Below are positions 1-10,452 of a stretch of 64,000 bases of DNA, one piece after another. The first letter of the stretch is position 1; every line of letters starts with the position of its first letter. Below the pieces are notes generated by a model. That model searched no databases. It was not told the DNA's origin and saw only the letters and a program-made list of their open reading frames with translations. A program made the translations under genes and the position numbers. Source of the stretch: Tubiluchus corallicola (Eukaryota > Animalia > Priapulida); NCBI GenBank assembly GCA_030141605.1, contig JAQGDQ010000318.1:124001-188000 (forward strand), read 5' to 3'.

Positions 1-160
1 GCTGTAGTATTAGCAACTGACGCAGCTTCAACTGACCTAGCTGATTTACTGCATGAGTCAGCTGATGTAGTAGCAACTCACTCAGCTTCAGCTGAGCTAG
101 CTGATTTACTCTGTGCTGTAGCAGTGCAGTTGATGTAGTCATAACTGACTCAGCTTCAAT
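1..160. repeat. Degenerate ~60-bp tandem repeat (2-3 copies) running off the window edge
   Basis: 1-50 gctgtagtattagcaactgacgcagcttcaactgacctagctgatttact recurs at 61-110 as gctgatgtagtagcaactcactcagcttcagctgagctagctgatttact; minus strand reads as an S/A/T-rich peptide with a stop. Confidence 0.7.
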
Positions 161-350
161 GGCATAAAGTTAATACAACTATTTTATTTTATATACCAAT
201 ACGATCCACCTGTGATAAATTCTTGAAAAGAATAATGAAAGGACTGTAAATTTTATTTATTTTATGGTACCCCAGTTTTCGTATCAAACATTGTACTTAT
301 AGTCAATAAACTGTACTACTGCTATTGCCGAATGATAGAATTTTGACAAT

Positions 351-1034
351 CTACCCCATGACAAAAGAGACAGAAGCATTAACCCTAAACTTGAAGTTGA
401 ATCCATTACCTTGCATGACTAACTCTATCTCAGCAGGATATGTATCAGAAGCCATTAACGGCATTTTGACACTTCTAAGCCCCGTGTTATTACTGATGAT
501 AATCGACTCTATCAAGCCGCAGCTGGTCAAGTCCAGGTTGACCGTGTCAAGAAGTTCGTTGCTTTCTATTCTTATGCGTCTTAAATCGAAATTCAAACTG
601 AAGGCCTGTTCTGCGATGGCGCTCAACTTTTCGTTTTCAACAAGCGTGACGTTTGTGGCTGACGCGCTAATATCTTTGTCTCTTACTTCTAACAGCTGAC
701 TGTATTTGATTACCAAGTTACCAATACGCTTTCCATACAGAAAATATGTCGGCAAATAGTCCACGTTAATATTCTGAAGTTCCAAGGCGTACGAATACGT
801 GCTTGAGATTTTTTCTGAGATTTCTGCTAGCATCTTTTCGCTGTTAAGCCCATCTGGAGTTGCCGTGGCATTTGCTCCGCATACAATATGGCAGTCGTTC
901 GTATCCGCATACTCATAGTAAACGAATTCGCAGTATCGTTCGTGAGCTGGGCACACTATCCACCCCTGTTGGTTGTGCACGTGGGTAAATTGATGAAAAA
1001 TTGTGACGTACAGTATCACAAAAACTTTTGTCAT
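351..1034 (-). CDS. Secreted leucine-rich-repeat-like protein (227 aa), possibly truncated or decayed
   Basis: Hydrophobic N-terminus (MTKVFVILYVTIF), Cys-containing cap (CPAHERYC..DC.IVC), then degenerate LRR-like units (LELQNINVDYLPTYFL, LVIKYSQLLEV, LVENEKLSAIAEQAF, IRIESNELLDTV, IIISNNTGLRSV). Confidence 0.55.
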   Translation of the reverse strand: MTKVFVILYVTIFHQFTHVHNQQGWIVCPAHERYCEFVYYEYADTNDCHIVCGANATATPDGLNSEKMLAEISEKISSTYSYALELQNINVDYLPTYFLYGKRIGNLVIKYSQLLEVRDKDISASATNVTLVENEKLSAIAEQAFSLNFDLRRIRIESNELLDTVNLDLTSCGLIESIIISNNTGLRSVKMPLMASDTYPAEIELVMQGNGFNFKFRVNASVSFVMG

Positions 1035-1849
1035 CGTGAGCTTTCGTAGAATGAAATAAACCCTGACACTATCTGCAAAGATCGCCTTTAAAAGGTTTAA
1101 TACATCACGGAAACGAATGTTTTAGTGTGAGGGTTTATTTGATACTATCTGAAATCGTTCTAAGAGTCTTTGATCTTTGTTAATTTAGTTTCGAACATGG
1201 AGTGACTAATGCAATTGTCGCAGACGTCATAATAAGAGCTTAGTTTTCATTTTCATTGGAATGGAAATTTAAATCATCTTGCATGTATGTTATTATTCAA
1301 ACAGCAACAATTTAGTTAATTTTGAAATGGGCGTATGGTTCTCACAGCAAAAAATGAAATTCACAATTGGCTTCATTATTAGCATATAATAGGGCTTTCC
1401 GCCTAAAGGAGACACAAAAGTCTGACAAAACTCATTTTGCATTTAAACAAAATCGCTTTCAGATTGTCACGTTTGGCTCGTGTCGTCTCTTATTGATTCT
1501 TAAGATTTTGAATTCATCTCTTTTTAACGACGCACTCCTACAAAGACGATTACTTGAACATTACCTCTTTCGAATAACTGACTATTGGTTACGTTTGGAT
1601 TCACAGTAAGTCTTTTCCGCTGTTGTTGCTTATCGAAGTACATTGTGGGCCACATTGGAATGGAAATTCTACATTCTTATTTTACAACATTTGTTTTATC
1701 AGTAATTGTTTTGTTTGTCTTTAGTGTCATTATATTTCAAAATTGAAATTATTTTTATTTTTTCTTGTAATGTATGTATTTTTAGCACTATATTAAATAT
1801 AAATAAATATATGTTCGCAATTTTTAACTTATTCACATTACTTATGTAT

Positions 1850-2140
1850 ATATTATTGTAAAGGATCAACTATTGAAGACGAGAAAAAGTTCTTGATTAA
1901 TTGTGAAAACTATAAAATGAATAAAGACGAAGCCTTCACTGACATTGTAAGCATATTGTCCTGACTTGATACCTAATTATGAGCAATGATGATGAGTATT
2001 TCTTTTTGACACAAAGCAACGGCTAAGAAATATTAGTAATTGTTTTTAATTTAATAAGTAAATCTAAATAGGAAGAACCTATAAAATTTAACATATATGC
2101 AAGTTTGACTGTTAATTTTGTTATTAATTTTTGAGTGTTT
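1850..2140 (+). mobile_element. Degraded 3' fragment of a LINE (C-terminal zinc-knuckle region)
   Basis: Translates as YCKGSTIEDEKKFLINCENYK, matching the C..IEDE.HFL..C..Y tail of non-LTR ORF2 proteins. Confidence 0.45.
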
Positions 2141-2227
2141 AATGTGTATGTATAGTTGAGTTTATGACATACAACAGGGTTTCATGTTGTTTCTGTGTTT
2201 CGTAATGTGTTATGTACCAACTTGGAC

Positions 2228-2329
<102 letters not shown>

Positions 2330-2423
2330 GCGTGCATATTGAAATTATATAAATTATATAAATTTAAGTTCAAATCGTGTAGACTGTTACAAAAGTTTGC
2401 AATTTCTAAGTTACTGGATGTTT

Positions 2424-2684
2424 TTAATACTTCCAAATAAGCTTCTTTTTTCCATAGGAGTTCATTCTTAAAACATAGCGTTCGTGTTCAGGCGTATTGT
2501 GGTGCTTGTCATCATCGTTGTCATCATCATCGTCATCATCATCTTGGTCTATGATACTCAAGCAAATGCAAAGAATGATAACAAAAGTAATTGCAAGACC
2601 CAAAGAAATTGCACTCCAGTGTTTGGATTTCTCTGATGCTGCCCAGGCCTCTGCCATCCGACCCTCTGCATTGAATCCGTCTAC
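2424..2684 (-). CDS. Terminal exon of a CD225/dispanin (IFITM/PRRT1-like) membrane protein with poly-Asp tail
   Basis: Acceptor ttatttttag at 2685-2686, phase-0 exon VDGFNAEGRMAEAWAASEKSKHWSAISLGLAITFVIILCICLSII.., matching the CD225 V....G...A..AS..K.W...hydrophobic helix pattern; stop at 2424. Confidence 0.68.
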   Translation of the reverse strand, partial: VDGFNAEGRMAEAWAASEKSKHWSAISLGLAITFVIILCICLSIIDQDDDDDDDDNDDDKHHNTPEHERYVLRMNSYGKKKLIWKY

Positions 2685-2911
2685 CTAAAAATAAGCAGCC
2701 TTAATAAGTCATAAGTTATTTATTTCACATTACACATTTACAATAGCTTGTCCCACACAGTGAAAGAAAAAAAGTATTGGAAATAATCTGAATATTTAAA
2801 GTGAATCGTGATAAAAAACATTAGTGCTTAAAATGGAATGGCTTGACATACTTGCCGTATAGACCTATTTGGTTGGGTGGGTGTTTGGATGGATCTAACG
2901 TATTGGTCGTA

Positions 2912-3269
2912 TGTTACTTCTTCCTGGTTTCTCCTGTTGCTACTTGTTGTGTTTTGTTTCTCTTGGAAGGCTCGTAGAGGAAACCAGAAAACACTTCTTC
3001 AAATTAAACTAGTTTATTAAGCGCGAATTCTACAACGCAAAAGTATGAAGGAACGCGAAATGATTACAGTAAACGTGAAAATCTGGAAAACGTTCGAGTG
3101 TATCTGAAATTACAGGTATACAAGAGAATGTATAAGTAACGTCCGTGCGAAATCTGCGTGTGTCTCAGCGGCCTGCTTTGCCTTATATAGGGTACCAGTG
3201 AACATTCCAGACGTTTCTTTCTAGAACATTCTACACGGTAAGACGATTATTCTAACAGAACATTCTACA
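2912..3269 (-). mobile_element. LTR-like segment (TG...CA, TATA box, AATAAA)
   Basis: Starts TGTTA at 2912, possible ends TAACA (3257) or CTACA (3269); minus strand has CTATATAAG (3182-3190) and AATAAA (~3013-3018); no TSD found. Confidence 0.4.
3181..3269 (-). promoter_or_regulatory. Heat-shock-element cluster directly upstream of a TATA box
   Basis: GAACATTCCAGA (~3200), TTCTAGAACATTC (~3219-3231, three alternating nGAAn units) and AGAACATTC (~3257), 10-80 bp upstream of minus-strand TATATAA. Confidence 0.55.
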
Positions 3270-3296
3270 ATCTACTATTATATTAATATTCTTGGT

Positions 3297-3711
3297 ATCT
3301 TAATATATAAGATTCGAGGCTACAGCCCGGACGAGGGCACCATTTGCGGCGAGCTATACATCAAACGAAAGGTCTCGATCTAGTGTCGTCTCATTGGGGG
3401 TTTATTTTTCGAATGGGGCCCACCGGGAGGAACGGGGGGCGAAAAACCTCCAAAAATGGCCCTTTTTCGGCCGTTTTTTGCAAAAGTTATACGGCTGAGA
3501 TGTAGAGCACGGGAACGGGCCGAGGGGGGTGCTGAGTATGGATAGATAGCCCTTTCAGCGATGGGTGTCATAGGCATATTTAGAATTTGCGAGAGGTACA
3601 CGACGTAACGGGCGTTTTCCCGGACCCAACTCGCGATTTTTTCGAAATTTTGACCAAACAGCCTGCGGGAAAAACGTTCTAGCGTCGCCCAGTGGGACTC
3701 TCGGAAGGAGA
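3297..3711 (+). mobile_element. GC-richer interspersed element fragment (DNA transposon/Helitron-like), cut by the gap
   Basis: 3301-3422 has an inverted homolog at 59428-59530 (atataagattcgaggctacagc; tcaaacgaaaggtctcga; tttatt.tt.gaat.gggccca). Confidence 0.4.
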
Positions 3712-3726
3712 NNNNNNNNNNNNNNN
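3712..3726. other. Assembly gap (15 N)
   Basis: Run of n. Confidence 1.
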
Positions 3727-3789
3727 TATTCATTTTCCACATTGCATCATTACAATTAGCATTAAAATACAGATAATTTTCCATTTGAG

Positions 3790-5505
3790 TAAATATAAAT
3801 ATAAATATGAATAAATGCAATATTATTAAGAAATTTCATAATGCGGGATATACATGTGCAAATTTCATTACAGAATAATTTTTTGATTCATACAGTTTGA
3901 GCCTAAAAGCATAGCTTGACAGGCCAAACTGTATGTGGAAATCTTAAAAAAAGATGGGGGGGGGAGTAGTGAATGAAAGATGAAATGGAGCAAGAAACTA
4001 AGAAAAACTGTGATCATGGTTACAAAGTGTTCAGTATCCTGTTAAACATAGTCACGTTATATTAAGATTACTGTAGCAAAAAATGCAGGTTATTACCATT
4101 ATCAAATTGTGTTACTCTTCAATACTTTTGAAATATTTCTTTTCTGGCGGTTTTTTTAAAAGTTAAAAGGGAGTGACTACATTTCGAATTGCGGCTTAGT
4201 CTGTTCCATAGGACTGGCCCCATATAGCTGATGAAGTGTTTCGCCATATTTGTTCTACAACGTCTTGGTATATATTCATTATGTCTGGTATTGTATTTTT
4301 TTACATTTATCTTGACTGGATTTTCAAAAAAAGTTGGAAATAAGTTGCTGTTGGTTCTATACATGTATATACATCCATTAAAATTAATAACATCATGCAG
4401 AAGTAATATTTGACATTGCTTAAAATGTGTAGTAGTAATTGTGCTCCTTTTGTCTAGTTTGAAGATGACACGTAAAAATTTTCGTTGTAAAACTCTTAAG
4501 CATTCTAAATTTGTAGTATAAGTAAAGCCCCATAATGTTGTGCAGTAATTTAAATATGATAATATTAAACTGTTGTATAATGTTAGAAGATGTTCGGTGT
4601 TCAGAAAGTTTTTAATATATGAGATGATACCTATATTTTTTGATATTTTTAATCTGATCATGAATATATGTGGTCGCCAGTCTAGATGCTCATTCAGTAT
4701 TAATCCCAGAAATTTCAGTTCTTTTACACGTGTAATTCTTTTATGGTCAATTATTAAATCGTGGTTCGTCTGAATTGGTTTATTTCGGGATCTAAACAGA
4801 ATGTATTTTGTTTTTGATGAATTTAGTGAAAGTTTGTTTGTTTTGAACCATATAGCTAGATCATGTAGAACTGTATTTATGTAGTCAATATTGGTTTCTA
4901 TTTTATGAAAGCTAAAAAAAATGCTTGTATCATCAGCAAACTGAAATAAATTGTGATTTTTAACACAAAATTTGATGTCATTAATATAAATTAGAAAAAG
5001 TAGTGGCCCGAGGACTGAGCCTTGGGGCACGCTACATTTGATTGTTGTTACATCTGAAAAAGCGTTATTATATTTTACTGTCTGAGTGCGCCCTGTTAAA
5101 TAATTCTTTAGCCACATATGAGGCAAACCTCTGATACCGTAATAGTACAACTTATTTAGCAGAATGTCATGGTTTACTGTATCAAATGCTTTTGATAGGT
5201 CGCAAAATACTCCGTAGGATGTGCCATTTTTTTCAACAGTATTAATGATATTTTCTATAATTTTTGTTAAGGCCATTTCAGTGGAGCTACCTTTTCTGAA
5301 ACCAAATTGTTTATTACTCAGAATTCTTTTTTTTATTAAATAATGAGATAACTGATTGTAAAAAACTTTTTCTAATATTTTTGATATAAAAGGCAATAAG
5401 GACACTGGTCTATAATTGTTCACAGACATGGGATCATCTGATTTAAACAAAGGAACAATAATTGATTCTTTCAATTTCGTTGGTATTTCACCTGTAAGAA
5501 AAGAT
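3790..5505 (-). mobile_element. 5'-truncated LINE of the CR1/L2 group (Crack/Daphne-like)
   Basis: Open RT frame, 3'UTR stem-loop catacagtttg...caaactgtatg (3889-3935) and a short (TTTATA)-like tail. Confidence 0.88.
4119..5474 (-). CDS. Non-LTR reverse transcriptase (partial ORF2, no endonuclease present)
   Basis: NYRPVSLL..ISKILEK, KQFGFRKG, DLSKAFDTVNH, VPQGSVLGPLLFLIYIND, FADD, KFLGLIL motifs; 451 aa uninterrupted. Confidence 0.93.
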   Translation of the reverse strand: MKESIIVPLFKSDDPMSVNNYRPVSLLPFISKILEKVFYNQLSHYLIKKRILSNKQFGFRKGSSTEMALTKIIENIINTVEKNGTSYGVFCDLSKAFDTVNHDILLNKLYYYGIRGLPHMWLKNYLTGRTQTVKYNNAFSDVTTIKCSVPQGSVLGPLLFLIYINDIKFCVKNHNLFQFADDTSIFFSFHKIETNIDYINTVLHDLAIWFKTNKLSLNSSKTKYILFRSRNKPIQTNHDLIIDHKRITRVKELKFLGLILNEHLDWRPHIFMIRLKISKNIGIISYIKNFLNTEHLLTLYNSLILSYLNYCTTLWGFTYTTNLECLRVLQRKFLRVIFKLDKRSTITTTHFKQCQILLLHDVINFNGCIYMYRTNSNLFPTFFENPVKINVKKYNTRHNEYIPRRCRTNMAKHFISYMGPVLWNRLSRNSKCSHSLLTFKKTARKEIFQKY

Positions 5506-5810
5506 AACAGTATAGACTATTACAATAGAATGGGCTGCGAGGCGTTATCAAGCGTACATAAATGCGTTGTCTGGTTTACGTAACCTTTGACATTTTCACG
5601 ACCATCATCAATTGTTGGAACTGTGAAAACGTTTATTCTGTTTATAACACCTTCAGCGCGAATATGTTCTGCAAGTAGTAATACTTCGCTGGAACTGTAA
5701 AAGGGCTCATCATAGCGCGTGCCATTTGCTCTTCGTTACGTAACTGCGCCTGCGTGTTGACTGAGTTTTTCTTACACCTAAATCTCTAGATTTTGTTGTA
5801 GGTGATGATG

Positions 5811-6205
<395 letters not shown>

Positions 6206-6472
6206 TGATTGTACGTACGTCAAATAACATAAACATATTTTGACATGAAGCCATTGAGGAAGCCTCTTATCCCTAATGGACAGCAAAGACTGTTGTGTGG
6301 CGCAGCATTAATGAGAGTTATTAATGTGTCAGATATACGATTAAAGTCAGAGAAAGAGAACCAGTCTGGCCATTAGACTTTGACATGATAAGCATCGGTG
6401 GCGAGTTCCTTTGAAACTCAAGATGATGGTTTACCTTCAAGAAAAGATTAATATACTAATGGGAAGTTTTAA

Positions 6473-7054
6473 CCCTTAGCCGAGCAAAGGGTTCTTACAT
6501 TACAATAAAGACCAAGCAGGGTAAAAAATTACCCTTTGAAAGTTTTGCTTAGTACGTGTTACCACTAACTGGACAGAATGACCAACTGGTAATTAATTTG
6601 CAAAACCAAGGTCTGGGTCAACTTGGCATAGATATATGAGAGCACCAAGGAATAAAAAGAAGCTTTCCACTATTGCACTATATTGTTTATGCTTTATTAT
6701 TTATGCTTGGCTTTTCAAGTCTTGTGAAAATTTTTATAATAGCCTAACAGTGTTCACTGTTTAATTCTAAGACTTCCACTTCGTCTTCACTTGCTGAATC
6801 TTCTAAAATTTCGTCTTCATCAGCTTCAAGCTTAGTCACCTGTAAAGTTCCCGCCATATTACTAAATGAGAAGTGTTCACAAACTTTAATATGAAATTTC
6901 CTCAACAGGTTGTTAGAAAAATCTCTTTGCAGAACTGTAGGATGAATTGGAAGTTTGCAGCACTTCTCAGTTTTAAAACTAAACACGCATTGCTGCCAGA
7001 AAGAAAAATACTGTAAAGTAAATTCCAAAATTTCCCACCTTGGTCAGTTAAGGG
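6473..7054 (-). mobile_element. piggyBac-like non-autonomous element, copy 1
   Basis: TTAA|CCCTTAGCCGAGCAA ... TTGGTCAGTTAAGGG|TTAA; internal acidic reading frame (VTKLEADEDEILEDSASEDEVE) after a tttacag acceptor; homologous to 12364-13519. Confidence 0.85.
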
Positions 7055-7180
7055 TTAAAAGACGCGCACCTGCGCACACAGTAGCAGACAGGAAGAAGCC
7101 ATGGAATTGAAAAATGGAAAAAACAATTGGGGATACCTCACTCGTCCTGAGAGCACTTTAGACCTCAGTTCGTGTTAGTA

Positions 7181-7475
7181 AAAACACTTAAGTTAGGAAA
7201 GCGCCATCTGGCGTATTGAAAACAGTTTTTAGTAAAATAGAAAGGAAGTTTTTTACAGTTATATAGGAAGCAGCCTCCAAACTAGACGTAGCAACAAGCA
7301 TCTTCACTCTTAAGCTGATTCAGAGATCGGGTGTCGACGTTAGCGAAAACACTTAAGTTATGAAAGCGCCATCTGACGTATTGAAAACAGTTTTCAGTAA
7401 AATAGAAAGGAAAGTTTTTACTGTTATGTACGAAGCAGCATGCAGATTAGACGTAGCAACTAGCATCTTCACTCC
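7181..7475. repeat. Direct duplication (~130 bp core, 165-bp period) just upstream of GPCR 1
   Basis: aaaacacttaagtta.gaaagcgccatctg.cgtattgaaaacag... at 7181 and 7346. Confidence 0.9.
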
Positions 7476-7532
7476 TGGATCGAAATCTTTAGGGATCGCG
7501 TGTCTATGTTAGTGAAGTTACTTTTGATTAAA

Positions 7533-8978
7533 ATGGAAAAGAAGCTTTTAGTGTTTTATACTGCAAACTTGGTGATTTATTGTGTCGAACTTTGCACGGA
7601 CGAAACCGATGGTGCATTTCGAAATTTCACCGGACGGAGTGGCCATGATGACCAGAGTGAAGGATCGTCTGTAAGGATCAGAGGAGGAAAAAACCTTGGC
7701 GATGGCTTGAACAATACTGCAATTGATTTAGAAACAACTTGTGTAGATATTGCCAACAACGAGTCTGCACAAACTGCAAAAGGAACAAATGGAACCATAG
7801 GAGAAACAACTTGTGTAGATATTGCCAACAACGAGTCTGCACAAACTGCAGAAGGAACAAATGCAACCATAGGAGAAACAACTTGTGTAGATATTGCCAA
7901 CAACGAGTCTGCACAAACGGCAGAAGGAGCAAATGCAACCGTAGGAAGAGCACCTGAGGTGAAAGATGACTTGCAAAAGTGCAGAAAGGGTGGTAACAGT
8001 CTTGGCCACCAGTTGTATTCTTATGCTGGTCCTGTGGTCTACAGCTTTGGTCTTGTAGGTAACCTGATAAACATCGTTGTCTTCTGGAAGAGCAGGCGTC
8101 TCCAAGAGGCGTCTTACACATACCTCCGGTGGATAGCAGTCACTGACTTCATTGTCATCCATTTCTTCTTGGGTAACGCTTTGGTTAAATACCTCTGGCA
8201 GTTGTCTACCATACATGCAGCGACGTACCTTGCCAAGTGCTTCAACCCTTTTGTCAACTGGTTTAAGTTTTCCAGTAACTACCTCACCGTAGCACTGACG
8301 GTGGACCGATACATCGCCATCTGTCGCCCGTTTAAAGCAAAGTTCATCCGCAAGAGGGCATTGGTCAACGTTATTGTACTGCTGACATTTTGTTTCTCTC
8401 TGCTCCTCGTTGTACCAGAGTTTTTCTCTAAGACTGTAAAGAAACGAGTTGACGAAGTGACTGATGAAGTGACCTACTCCGCAACGTCCTACAAACCCGT
8501 GACTCGTCACCCGGCATACAAGTACTTTTACTCGTGGGCTCGGGCATTCATTGGACAGGTCATACCGATTCTTGTGGTCGTTTCGCTAAATCCTCTGGTG
8601 GTCAAGGCGTACCGACGACAGATGGAGACACGGAGGAATAATTTCAAGAGACCAACGACCCAGCAGGTAAAAGACGCCCGCGAGCAACGTCGTCTGCACG
8701 TGTTCCTGAAGACGGTATCCGTATCGTATGTGATTCTCACCACGCCCAGCGCCATCTTCAGTATCGTGCAGAGGATCACGAACCGTAGCATCACTAGCGA
8801 CATCTACATATCCGCTCGCTCGTGTGCCAGCGTGCTCGCCAACGTAAACCATGGTTTGAACATGTACCTCTACTGTCTAGTGAGCACCGAATACAGGAAA
8901 TGCTTTAGGGAAGTGTTCCGGATGCTCTGGAGAGGGAATGCAGTTGGAAGTGAGGCAGGACCAACGAGCATGGAATAG
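7533..8978 (+). CDS. Intronless class A (rhodopsin-like) peptide GPCR, FMRFamide-receptor-like, with long N-terminus
   Basis: TM1 GLVGNLINIVV, TM2 YLRWIAVTD, LTVDRYIAICRPF, TM5 QVIPILVVVSLN, TM6 YVILTTP, TM7 NHGLNMYLYCLVSTEYRKCF; start chosen by aaaATGg context (in-frame ATG also at 7506). Confidence 0.92.
   Translation: MEKKLLVFYTANLVIYCVELCTDETDGAFRNFTGRSGHDDQSEGSSVRIRGGKNLGDGLNNTAIDLETTCVDIANNESAQTAKGTNGTIGETTCVDIANNESAQTAEGTNATIGETTCVDIANNESAQTAEGANATVGRAPEVKDDLQKCRKGGNSLGHQLYSYAGPVVYSFGLVGNLINIVVFWKSRRLQEASYTYLRWIAVTDFIVIHFFLGNALVKYLWQLSTIHAATYLAKCFNPFVNWFKFSSNYLTVALTVDRYIAICRPFKAKFIRKRALVNVIVLLTFCFSLLLVVPEFFSKTVKKRVDEVTDEVTYSATSYKPVTRHPAYKYFYSWARAFIGQVIPILVVVSLNPLVVKAYRRQMETRRNNFKRPTTQQVKDAREQRRLHVFLKTVSVSYVILTTPSAIFSIVQRITNRSITSDIYISARSCASVLANVNHGLNMYLYCLVSTEYRKCFREVFRMLWRGNAVGSEAGPTSME
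7731..7946 (+). repeat. Coding 72-bp tandem repeat x3 in the GPCR ectodomain
   Basis: ETTCVDIANNESAQTA(K/E)G(T/A)N(G/A)T(I/V)G at 7731, 7803, 7875. Confidence 0.97.
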
Positions 8979-9086
8979 TCGATCAGTTAAATTACGGGCT
9001 GAGTTTCGCTCTGTTCTGTGTTCAAACTTTCACTCACTCAAGGATGGGGAATATACGCCCCGTATGTTATTTCTATGTCACTTTAA

Positions 9087-9637
9087 AGGAAGACAGAATG
9101 ATTTTCTATATACTACCTCATTCTTAAGTCGCATAAAAAGTAAACATTTTAACACAAATAGTACTGCAAAAGCGTTTCTGATAATTAAAGAACTTAATTA
9201 ACTCGGCAGGCGAGCTCAACTATTTATGACATCACAAACTAACATAATTTTCAACATCAAAAACCTATTCCACGAGCGTGTTGCACGTGTTGGCTAAAGC
9301 GAAAATTGAAGTACAGTAATTTCAAATTTACCGGTGTGCTCACGCATGAGCTGTCAAACGTGTGTAGTTCATCACAAACTAACACATCTGAACCGAGAGG
9401 TACAGCACCTGTTTTTCCTAGAATGCGTTTCTGAAAAGCAGGCGCTAGTGCCCGTCTAACTAGCGGATCGGTAAATGCACGCAAGAGCGAAGAACTAGTT
9501 GCGCGAACACGAAATTGTTCTTGTGTGGTAATAATTCTGTTACGTAAGTCATTTTAGAAAAAAATAGTATGTTTCCTTTCAATGTTTTAAAGAGTAGATT
9601 GTTTCGACCTGCAGTTTAACACTGGGTCCGGTTTGCT
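9087..9637 (+). mobile_element. Kolobok-like non-autonomous element, family A copy 1
   Basis: TTAA|AGGAAGACAG ... CCGGTTTGCT|TTAA; homologs at 15560, 21847, 23437, 23690, 41811, 54912. Confidence 0.8.
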
Positions 9638-9664
9638 TTAAGCAATGAAGAAGCAGAACCAGAT

Positions 9665-9910
9665 GGAGACAAAAACACTCGTTGCAAATAAAGCCTAAAA
9701 ATTCGATTTGAAATCTTATATCGCTTACATGATGCATACAGAGCATGCGTTAGCAGTAACGCTGTATAAAACTTGTAATTTAAACTCCCGCAATGACCGT
9801 TAGGCGCAGTCGTTTTAGGAGTAACTCGTTCGAAAAGTTCAGATAACATTGCGTAAAGTTTTAAAAAATAATCAGAGCATTCGTGGCACATTCTTCGGTA
9901 ACTAAGCAAA
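9665..9910 (+). mobile_element. Fragment of TTAA-element family D
   Basis: Similar to 54059-54275 (ttagcagtaacgct.tat.aaacttg; aaaaataatcagagcattcgt.gcaca). Confidence 0.6.
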
Positions 9911-10229
9911 AATTTAAGAAATAAGCTAATTTATTAAAATGCTCATTTCTAGTTACATAAATCATTCATTCATTAGTAATGCTAAGTAACCCTAAGTATA
10001 ACTTTGTATGAAGAGTACTTTGGGATATACTTTAAAATTCCCTGTTCTTTCCCTTTAATAAACTAGTTTGTTTATTGAATTGGTACATCCAAAACAGCTT
10101 GTATAAGTAAAAGTAAACATCAAGTCATAATTGACTCTAAATCAACATTATTTAACAAATTTAGCAATTCATTATAAGCATTTAAAACTGTTTATGAGCA
10201 TTTACATTATCTTAAAACCAAGCTTGAGC

Positions 10230-10452
10230 ATAACAGCAACAACTGCAACAGCAGCAACAGCAACAACAGCAGCAGCAACTGCAACAGCAACAACAATAAC
10301 AGCAACAGCAATAACAACAACAGCAACAGCAGCAACTGCAACTGCAACAGCAGCAGCAGCAACTGCAGCAGCAACAGCACCTGCAACAACTATAACAACA
10401 GCAATAGAAACAGGAACAGCAACAACTATAACAACAGTAACAACAACAACGA
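10230..10452. repeat. Imperfect (CAA/CAG)n trinucleotide repeat
   Basis: Direct reading. Confidence 0.95.

Noticed and set aside
5535-5720. ATG-less minus-strand open frame RYDEPFYSSSEVLLLAEHIRAEG..
   Set aside because: No recognisable motif or convincing splice context
6235-6372. Possible missing CD225 first exon (minus frame ..SLCCPLGIRGFLNGF..)
   Set aside because: CCPLGI is suggestive, but the flanks are not hydrophobic, there is an upstream in-frame stop and no good phase-0 donor
7577-8852. Antisense and alternate-frame ORFs over GPCR 1 (likewise over 30436-32166, 48174-49991, 56364-58391)
   Set aside because: Shadows of real coding sequence with no independent motifs
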